DNA of 36,644 bases from Vicugna vicugna (Eukaryota). The first letter of the stretch is position 1; the number at the start of each line of letters is the position of its first letter. The position numbers and the translations under genes were made by a program. A model generated the notes under the pieces. The model ran no database searches. It was not told the DNA's origin and was given only the letters and a program-made list of their open reading frames with translations. The stretch covers positions 1-36,644 of the forward strand of contig MU057702.1 of the NCBI GenBank assembly GCA_013265495.1, given 5' to 3'. Shown piece after piece: positions 26,676 through 36,644 of this stretch.

Positions 26676-28690
26676 AACATTCTATATTCTAAATTCTATA
26701 TTCAGTATTCTGTATTTCATATTCTAAATTCTGAGTTCTATATTCTGAATTCTAAATTCTATATTCAGTATTTTGTATTCTATATTCTAAATTCTGTGTT
26801 CTACATTTTATATTCTAAATTCTATATTCAGTGTTTTGTAATCTATATTCTAAATTCTGTGTTCTGCATTCCATGTTCTAATTCTGTGTTCTATTTTCTA
26901 TATTCTATTTTCTATATTGTAAATACTATATACAATTTTCTGTATTCTATATTCTAAATTCTGTTTTCTGCATTCCAGTTTCTAAATTCTGAGTTCTATA
27001 TTCTGTATTCTATATTATATATTCTGTGTTCCGCATTCTATATTCTAAATTCTATACTCAGTATTCGGTATTTTATATACGAAATCCTGTGTCCTGCATT
27101 CCATGTTCAAAACTCTGGGTTCTCTATTCTGTTTTCCATATTCTAAATTCTGTGTTCTTCATTCTATATTCCAAATACTATATTCAGTAAACCGTATTCT
27201 ATACTCTAAATTCTGTGTTCTGCATTCCATGTTCTAAAATCTGGGTTCTGTATTCTGTTTTCCATATTCTATATTCTCTTTTCTACATTCTATTTTTTCT
27301 GTATTCTATATTCTGTATTCCGTATTCAATATTATATATTTTGTGTTCTACATTCTATATTGTAAAATCTTTATTCAGTATTCCGTATTATATATTCTGT
27401 GTACTACGTTCCATATTGTAATTTCTATATTCATTATTCTGTATTCTATATTCTAAATTCTGTGTTCTGCGTTCCATGTACTAAATTCAGCGTTCTATAT
27501 TCTCTATTCTATATTCAAAATTCTGTGTTCTTCATTCTATACTCTACATTCTATATTCTGCATTCCGTATTCTATATTGTATATACTGTGTTCTAATTTC
27601 TATATTCTAAATACTATATTCAGTATTCTGTATTCTATACTGTAAATTCTGTGTTTTGCATTCCATGTTCTAAATTCTGTGTTCTATATCCTCTATTCAA
27701 TTTTCTATATAATGTATTCTTCATTGTATATTCTACATTCTATATTCTGCATTCCGTATTCTATATTCTATTTCCTGTGTTCGACATTCTATATTCAAAA
27801 TACTATATTAAGTATTCTGTATTCTATATTCTATATTCTGTGTTCTACATTCTATTTTCTAAATTCTATATTCAGTATTCTGTAGTATATATTCTAACTT
27901 CTATGTTTGCATTCCATGTTCTAAATACTGGATTCTATATTTTCTATTCTATATTCTATATTCTGTGTTCTACATTCTATATTCAAATTCTATATTCACT
28001 ATTTTGTATTCTATATTCTACATTCTGTGTTCTGCTTTCCAACTTCTAAATTCTGGGTTCTGTATTCTGTTTCCATATTCAATATTCTGTGTTCTACATT
28101 GTATATTTTGTATTCTATATCTGCATCCCGTATTCTATATTCTATATTCTGTGTTCTAAGCTCTATATTCTAAATTCTGTATTCAGTATTCTGTATTCTA
28201 TATTCTAAATTCTGAGTTCTTCATTCCATGTTCTTAATTCTGGGTTCTCTATTCTCTATTCTCTATTCTATATTCTGTGTTCTAAATTCTATATTATAAA
28301 TTATATATTCAGTATTCTGTATTCTATATTCTTAATTCTGTGTTCTGCATCCATGTTCTAAATTCTGGGTTCCAATTTCTTTATTATATACTCTATATTG
28401 TGTTTTCTTCATTCTATATTTTGTATTCTATATGTGAATTCCGTATTCTCTATTCTATATTCTGTGTTTTCGTTCTATATTCTAAATTCTATATTCAGTA
28501 TTCTGTATTATATATTCTAAATTCTGTATTCTGCATTCCAAGTTCTAAATTCTGTGTTCTTTATTCTCTATTCTGTATTCAATATTCTGTGTTCTATATT
28601 CTATATTATAAATTATATATACAGTATTCTTTGTTCTATATTCTAACTTCTGTGTTCTGCATTCCAAGTTCTAAATCCTTTATTCAGTAC

Positions 28691-29098
28691 TCTGTATTCT
28701 ATATTCTATATTCTGTGTTCAACATTCTATATTCTAAATTCTATAATCAATATTCTTTATTCTACATTCTAAATTCTGTGTTCTGTAATCTATGATCTAA
28801 ATTCTATATTCATTTTTCTGTATTCTATATTCTATATTCTGTGTTCAACATTCTATATTCTAAATTCTATAATCAATATTCTTTATTCTACATTCTAAAT
28901 TCTGTGTTCTGTAATCTATGATCTAAATTCTATATTCATTTTTCTGTATTCTATATTCTATATTCTGTGTTCAACATTCTATATTCTAAATTCTATAATC
29001 AATATTCTTTATTCTACATTCTAAATTCTGTGTTCTGTAATCTATGATCTAAATTCTATATTCATTTTTCTGTATTCTATATTCTATATTCTGTGTTC
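28691..29098 (+). repeat. Perfect tandem array, period 126 bp, ~3.2 copies
   Basis: CTATAATCAA at 28741, 28867 and 28993. Confidence 0.93.
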
Positions 29099-30998
29099 TA
29101 CATTCTATTTTACATATTATATATCCAGTATTCTGAATTCTATATTCTAAATTCTGTGTTCTGCATTCCATGTTCTAAATTCTTTATTCTGTACTCTGTA
29201 TTCTATATTCTGTGTTCGAAATTCAATATTCTAAGTTCTATATCCCGTATTCTGTATTGTATGTTCTAAATTCTCTGTTCTACATTATATGTTCTTAATT
29301 CTATATTCATTATATTGTACTCTATATTCTAAATTCTGTTCTGCATTCTAAATTCTAAATTCTATATTCATAATTCTGCATTGTATATTCTTAATTATGT
29401 GTTCAGCATTCCATCTTCTAAATTCTGTGTTCTATATTCTCTATTGTATATTCTATATTATGTGTTCTTCATTTTATACTGTACATATTATATTTTGCAT
29501 TCCGTATTCTATATTATAAATTCTGTGTTCTAAATTCTAAGTTCTATATTCAGTATTCTGTTTTCTATATTCTAAATTATGTGTTCTGCATTCCAATTTC
29601 TCTACACCATTTTCAGTATTCTATATTCTATATTCTAAATTCTGTGTTCTGCATTATATATTCTAAATTCTATATTCAGTACTCTGTATTCTATACTCTA
29701 AATTCTGTGTTCTGCATTCCTTGTTATAAATTCTCTGTTCTATATCCTCTATACTATATTCTATATATTGTGTTCTTCATTCAATATTCTACATTCTATA
29801 TTCTGCAGTCCGTATTCTATATTCTATTTCCTGTGTTGGATATTCTATAATCTAAATACCATATTCAGTATTCTGTATTCTATATTCTTTATTCTATGTT
29901 CTGCATTCCATGTTCTAAATTCTGGGTTCTATATTCTGCATACTGTATTCTATATTCTGTGTTCTACCTTCAATATTCTAAATCCTATATTCAGTATTCC
30001 GCGTTCTATATTCCAAATTATGTGTTCTACCTTCTATATTGTAAATTTTATATTCAGTATTCTGTATTATATATTCTAAACACTGGGTTCTGCATTCAAT
30101 GTTCTAAATTCTGGCTTATATATTCTCAATTCTTTATTCTATATTCTGTGTTCTATATTCAATAATCTAAATTCTTTATTCAGTATTCTGTATTCTATGT
30201 CCTAAATTCTATATTCAGTATTCTGTATTCTATGTTCTAAATTTTGTCTTCTGAATTCCATGTTCTAAATACTGTGTTCTATTTTCTCTATTCTCTATTC
30301 TATATATTGTGTTTTTCATTCTATATTCTACATTCTATATTCTGCATTCCGTATTCTATATTCTATATACTTCTACATTCTTTATTCTATATACTGTATT
30401 CAGTATTCTATAATCTATATTCTAAATTCTGTGTTCTGCATTCCATGTCCTAAATTCTGGGTTCTATTTTCTCTATTCTATATTCTATATTCTGTGTTCC
30501 GCATAATTTATTCTAAATTCTACAGTCAGTATTCGGTATACTATATTCGAAATCCTGTGTTCTGCATTCCATGTTCTAAATTCTGATTTCTGTATTCTGT
30601 TATCCATATTCTAATTTCTGTTTTCTACATTCTATATTCTAAATTCTATATTCAGTAATCCGTATTCTATATTCTGAATTCTGTATTTTGCATTCTATGT
30701 TTTAAATTCTATATTAAGTATTCTGCATTCTATATTCTAAATTCTGTGTTCTGCGTTCCATGTTCTAAATTCTGGTTTTTACATTCTCTATACTTTATTC
30801 TATATACTGTGATCTACATTCTATATACTAAATTCAAAAAATCAGTATTCGGTATCCTATATTCTAAATTCTGTGTTCTACATTCAATAATCTAAATTCT
30901 ATATTCAGTATATTTTATTCTATGTTCTAAATTCTGTGTTCTGAATTCCATGTTCTAAATTCTGGGTTCTATTTTCTCTATACTTTATTCTATATTAT

Positions 30999-33900
30999 GT
31001 GTTTTTCATTCTATATTCTACATTCTATATTCTGCATTCCGTATTCTATATTCTATATCCTGAGTTCTACATTCTATATTCTAAATTCTATATACAGTAT
31101 TTTGTATTCTATATTCTAAATACTGTATTATGCATTCCATGTTCTAAATACTGGATTCTATTTTCTCTATTCAATATTCTATATTCAGTGTTCTACTTTG
31201 TATATTCTAAATTCTATATTCAGTATTCTGTATTCTATATTATAAATTCTCTCTTCTGCATTCCATGTTCTAAATTCTATATTCAGTATTCTGTATTCTA
31301 AATTATAAATTCGGTGTTCCGCATTCTATGTTCTAAATTCTATACACAGTAACCTGTATTCTATATTCTAAATCCTGTGTTCTGCATTCCATGTTCTAAA
31401 TTCTGGGTTCTATATTCTGTTTTCCATATTCTATATTCTGTGTTCTACATTCTATGTTCTCTATTCCATATTCTGTATTCTGTGTATCTGTATTCTGTAT
31501 TCTATATTCTATATTCTGTGTTCTACATTCTATATTCTAATTTCCCTATTCATTATTCTGTATTCTATATACTATATTCTGTGTTCTGCATTCCATGTTC
31601 TAAATTTTGGGTTCTATATTCTCCATTCTATAATCTATATCCTTTGTTTTACATTCAATTTTCTAAATTCTATATTGAGTATTCTGTATTCTATATTCTA
31701 AATTGTGTGTTCTAAATTCTATATTCTAAAATCTATATTCTGTATTATGTATTCCATATGCTTAATTCTGTGTTATTTATTCTATATTCTAAATTCTGTG
31801 TTCAGTATTCTGTATTCTATAATCTATATTCTGTGTTCTACATTCTATATTCTCGATTCTATATTCAGTATTCTGTATTCTATATTCTAAATTCTGTGTT
31901 CTACATTCTATATTTTAAATTTTATATCAGTATTTTATATCCTTTATTCTAAATTCTGTGTTCTACATTCTATATTCTAAATTCTGTATTCAGTATTCTA
32001 TAATCTCTATTCTAAATTCTGTGTTCTGCATTCCATGTTCTAAATTCTGGGTTCTATTTTCTCTATTCTATATTCTATATTCTGTGATCTACATTCTATA
32101 TTATAAATTCTATATTTTTTTCCGTATTCTATATTCTAAATTCTGTTTTCTGCATTCCATGTTCTAAATTCTGAGTTCTATATTCATTATTCTATATTCT
32201 ATATTCTGTGTTCCGCATTCTATATTCTAAATTCTAAAATCAGTATTCGCTATTCTATATTCGAAATCCTGTGTTCTGCATTCCATGTTCTAAATTCTGG
32301 GTTCTCTATTCTGTTTTCCATATTCTAAATTCTGTGTTCTACATTCTATATTCCAAATACTATTGTCAGTTAATCATATTCTATATTCTAAATTCTGTGT
32401 TCTGCATTCTATGTTTTATTTTCTATATTCAGTATTCTGTATTGTATATTCTAAATCCTGTGTTAAACATTCTATATTCTAAATTCTATATTCAGTATTC
32501 TGTATTCTGTATTCTAAATTCTGTGTTCTGCATTCCATGTTCTAATTTCGGGATTCTATATTCTCTATTCTATATTCAATATCCAGTGTTTTAATTCTAT
32601 ATTCTAAATTCTATATTCAGTATTCTGTATTCTGTATTCTAAATTCTGTGTTCTGCATTCCATGTTCTAATTTCGGGATTCTATATTCTCTATTCTATAT
32701 TCAATATCCAGTGTTTTAATTCTATATTCTAAATTCTATATTCAGTATACTGTATTCTATATTCTAAATTCTGTGTTTTGCGTTCAATGTTCTAATTTCT
32801 ATATTCAGTATTTTGTATTCTGTATTCTAAATTCTGTGTTCTGTATTCAATGTTCTAAATTCTATATTCAGTATTCTGTGTTCTATATTCTAAATTCTGT
32901 GTTCTGCATTCCATGTTCTAAAATCTGGGTTCTGTATTGTTTTCCATATTCTATATTCTGTTTTCTACATTCTATTTTTTCTGTATTCTATATTCTGTAT
33001 TCCGTATCCTATATTCTATATTCTGTGTTCTACATTCTATATCCTAAATTTTTTATTCTGTATTCCGTATTATATATTCTGTGTTCTGCATTCCATATTA
33101 TAAATTCTTTATTCAGTATACTGTATTCTATATTCTAAATTCTGTGTTCTGCATTCCATGTTCTAAAATCTGGGTTCTGTATTCTGTTTTCCATATTCTA
33201 TATTCTGTTTTCTACATTCTATTTTTTCTGTATTCTATATTTTGTGTTCCGTATTGTATATTCTATATTCTGTGTTCCACATTCTATATCCTAAATTCTT
33301 TATTCAGTATTCCGTATTATATATTCTGTGTTCTACATTCCATATTAATATTTCTTATTCATATTCTGTATTCTGTATTCTAAATTCTGTGTTCTACATT
33401 CTATATTTTAAATTATATATTCAGTATTTGTATTCTATATTCTAAATTCTGTGTTCTGCATTCCATGTTCTAAATTCTGGGTTTTATATTCTCTATTCTT
33501 TATTCTATATACTGTGATCTACATTCTATATACAAAATACGAAAAATCAGTATTCGCTATCCTATATTCTTAATTCTGTGTTCTACATTCAATAATCTAA
33601 TTTCTATATTCAGTATTCTTTATTCTATATTCTAAATTCTGTGTTCTGAGTTCCATGTTCTAAAGTCTGTGTTCCATTTTCTCTATATTTTATTCTATAT
33701 ATTGTGTAATTCATTCTATATTCTACATTCTATATTCTGCATTCCGTATTCTATATTCTATATTCTGAGTTTAATTTCTATATTGAAAATTTTATTTTCT
33801 GTATTCTGTATTCTATATTCTAAATTCTGTATTCTACATTCCATGTTCTAAATACTGGGTTCTATTTTCTCTATTCAATATTGTATATTCTGTGTTCTAC

Positions 33901-36131
33901 TTTTTATATTCTAAATTCTATATTAAGTATTCTGTATTCTATATTATAAATTCTGTCTTCTGCATTCCATGTTCTAAATTCTATATACAGAATTCTGTAT
34001 TCTAAATTCGGTGTTCCGCTTTCTAGTTCTAAATTCTATACACAGTAATCTGTATTCTATATTCTTAATCCTGTGTTCTTCATTCCATGTTCTAAAATCT
34101 GGGTTCTGTATTCTCTTTTCCATATTCTATACTCTGTTTTCTACATTCTATTTTTTTCTGTATTCCATATTCTGTATTCCGTATTCTATATTCTATATTC
34201 TGTGTTCTACATTCTATATTCTTATTTCTCTATTCAGTATTCTGTATTCTATATTCTAAATTCTATGTTCTGCATTCCATGTTCTATATTTTGGGTTCTA
34301 TATTCTCCATTTTATAATCTATATTCTGTGTTTTACATTCTATATTCCAAATTCTATATTGAGAATTCTGTATTCTATATTCTAACTTCTGTGTTCTAAA
34401 TTCTATATTCTAAATTCTATATTAAGTATTATGTATTCCATATACTATATTCTGTGTTCTATATTCTTTAATCTAAATTCTTTATTCAGTATTATGTATT
34501 CTATATTCTATATTCTGTGTTCTACTTTCTATATTCTCAACTCTTTATTCAGTATTCTGTATTATATATTCTAAATTCTGTGTTCTGCATTCCATGTTCT
34601 AAATTCTGGATTCTATATTCTCTATTCTATATTCAATAACCAGTGTTTTAATTCTATATTCTAAATTCTATATTCAGTATACTGTATTCTTTATTCTAAA
34701 TTCTGTGTTTTGCATTTAATATTCTAATTTCTATATTCAGTATTTTTTATTCTGTATTCTAAATTCTGTGTTCTGCATTCGATGATCTGTATTCTATATT
34801 CAGTATTCTGTATTTTATATTCTAAATTCTGTGTTCTGCATTCCATGTCCAAAATTTTGGATTCTGTATTGTTTTCCATATTCTATATTCTGTTTTCTAC
34901 ATTCTTTATTCTGTATTCTATATTCAGCATTCTGTATTCTACATTCTATATTCTGTGTTATACATTCTATATTCTAAATTCTATATTCAGTATTTTGTAT
35001 TCTGTATTCTAATTTCTGTGTTCTTCATTCCATGTTCTAAATTCTAGGTTCTATATTCTCTTTTATATATTCAATACTTGGTGTTCTTCATTCTGTATTC
35101 TACATTCTATATTCTGCATTGATTTTCGATATTCAATATTCTGTGTCCTGTATTCTGTATTCTAAATTCTATATTCAGTATTCTGTATTCTATATTCTGA
35201 ATTCTGTGTTGTATAGTCTATATTCAAAATTCTAAATTTAGTATTCTGTATTCTAAATTCTATATTCAGTATTCTGTATTGTATTATCTAATTTCTGTGT
35301 TCTGCATTCCATGATCTAAATTCTGGCTTCTATATTCTCTATTATATTTTCTACATTTTGTGTTCTTCTTTCTATATTCCACATTATAAATTCTGCATTC
35401 CGTATTCTGCTTTATATATTCTGTGTTTTACATTCTATATTCGAAATTCTATTTTCAGTATTCTGTATTGTATTATCTAATTTCTGTGTTCTGCATTCCA
35501 TGTTCTAAATACTGGGTTCTAAATTCTCTTCTCTATTCTAAATTGTGTGATTTTCATTCTATATTCAACATACTATAGTCTACATTCCATACTCTATATT
35601 CAATATTATGAGTTCTACATTCTATATTCTAAATTCTATATACAGTATTTTGTATTCTATATTCTAAATTCTGTATTATGCATTCCATGTTCTAAATACT
35701 GGGTTCTATTTTCTCTATTCAATATTCTATATTCAGTGTTCTACTTTGAATATTCTAAATTCTATATTCAGTATTCTTTATTCTATATTATAAATTCTCT
35801 CTTCTGCATTCCATGTTCTAATTTCTATATTCAGTATTCTGTATTCTAAATTATAAATTCGGTGTTCCGCATTCTATGTTCTAAATTCTATGCACAATAA
35901 ACTGTATTCTATATTATTAATCCTGTGTTCTGCATTCCATGTTCTAAAATCTGGGTTCTGTATTCTGTTTTCCATATGTTATATTCTGTTTTCTACATTC
36001 TATGTTTTCTGTATCCTATATTCGGTATTCCGTATTCTATATTCTATATTCTGTGTTCTACATTCTATATTCTAATTTCCCTATACATTATTCTGTATTC
36101 TATTTTCTAAATTCTGTGTTCTGCATTCCAT
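30999..36131 (+). repeat. Dispersed duplicated block (about 31000-31600 and 35550-36131, offset 4548 bp), with a more diverged related copy near 33850-34400
   Basis: Homologous ORF pairs 30999/35547 and 31377/35925; shared TGTATTATGCATTCC, TTATAAATTCGGTGTTCCGC and TTTCCCTAT markers. Confidence 0.8.
32469..32748 (+). repeat. Tandem duplication, period 125 bp (2 x 63 - 1)
   Basis: TCTAATTTCGGGA at 32541 and 32666; ATCCAGTGTTTT at 32581 and 32706. Confidence 0.9.
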
Positions 36132-36501
36132 NNNNNNNNNNNNNNNNNNNNNNNNNNNNNNNNNNNNNNNNNNNNNNNNNNNNNNNNNNNNNNNNNNNNN
36201 NNNNNNNNNNNNNNNNNNNNNNNNNNNNNNNNNNNNNNNNNNNNNNNNNNNNNNNNNNNNNNNNNNNNNNNNNNNNNNNNNNNNNNNNNNNNNNNNNNNN
36301 NNNNNNNNNNNNNNNNNNNNNNNNNNNNNNNNNNNNNNNNNNNNNNNNNNNNNNNNNNNNNNNNNNNNNNNNNNNNNNNNNNNNNNNNNNNNNNNNNNNN
36401 NNNNNNNNNNNNNNNNNNNNNNNNNNNNNNNNNNNNNNNNNNNNNNNNNNNNNNNNNNNNNNNNNNNNNNNNNNNNNNNNNNNNNNNNNNNNNNNNNNNN
36501 N
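36132..36501. other. Assembly gap (370 N)
   Basis: Run of N. Confidence 0.99.
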
Positions 36502-36644
36502 TACATTCTATATTCTAAATTCTGTATTCAGTATTCTATAATCTCTATTCTAAGTTCTGTGTTCTGCATCCAATGTTCTATATTCTGGGTTCTGTATTCT
36601 GTTTTCCATATCCTACATTCTGTGTTCTACATTCTATATTCTGT

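Larger units (their letters stand above)
1..36644 (+). repeat. Complex satellite DNA: 7-bp words (TTCTATA/TTCTAAA/TTCTGTG/TTCTGTA/TTCAGTA/TTCCATG etc.) organised into ~63-bp (9 x 7) monomers
   Basis: TTC recurs every 7 bp throughout. The TGTG-type word recurs at 31, 94, 157, 220, 282, then 390, 452, 515, 578, 641, 704, 767, 830, 893, 955, 1018, 1081 (62-63 bp steps). No unique sequence or inverted segment was seen. Confidence 0.97.

Noticed and set aside
32..36541. All listed + strand ORFs (FYILYS-rich, 60-193 aa) as proteins
   Set aside because: They are direct translations of the heptamer. Overlapping frames give the same peptide, most start at GTG/TTG inside repeat words, 62-bp monomers shift the frame, and no domain is recognisable.
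1..36644. Resemblance of TTCTAAA to the plant telomere repeat CCCTAAA
   Set aside because: I saw no CCCTAAA runs, the dominant word is TTCTATA, and the ordered 63-bp structure is not expected from simple telomerase addition. A remote origin cannot be excluded but is unsupported.
1..36644. Heat-shock elements (nGAAn/nTTCn) and steroid-receptor TGTTCT half-sites
   Set aside because: TTC occurs head-to-tail at 7-bp spacing, not as alternating inverted pentamers. TGTTCT occurs only as direct copies, without the AGAACAnnnTGTTCT palindrome.
1..36644. Assignment as centromeric, sex-linked or germline-eliminated DNA, or to a specific organism
   Set aside because: These are plausible roles for satellites, but nothing in the sequence alone discriminates between them.
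1..36644. Embedded transposon, tRNA, rRNA or unique island
   Set aside because: Reading end to end, I found no segment departing from the TTC-NNNN scaffold beyond short indels, and no inverted repeats or GC-rich stems. The contents of the N gaps are unknown.

Overview
The whole 36.6-kb window is one AT-rich, single-orientation complex satellite array with five N gaps. It most likely comes from a eukaryotic draft assembly, but I cannot identify the organism or a named satellite family. I see no credible gene, RNA gene, transposon or CRISPR array. The many F/Y/I/L/S/V/C-rich ORFs result from translating a 7-bp repeat: (TATTCTA)n gives YSIFYIL in every frame. The array is hierarchical. (1) The basic word is a 7-bp TTC-NNNN (consensus TTCTATA). 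(2) Nine ordered variant words form a ~63-bp monomer starting TTCTGTG-TTCTRCA. (3) Several monomer classes follow each other in preferred orders. (4) Young near-perfect tandem duplications mostly have periods of n x 63 +/- 1 (63, 125-127, 188, 252 bp). (5) Older duplicated blocks lie 2-8.5 kb apart. The diagnostic variants change at about 21.1-21.7 kb, which suggests two sub-arrays. All periods were read by eye from marker motifs, so boundaries are approximate to a few bases.
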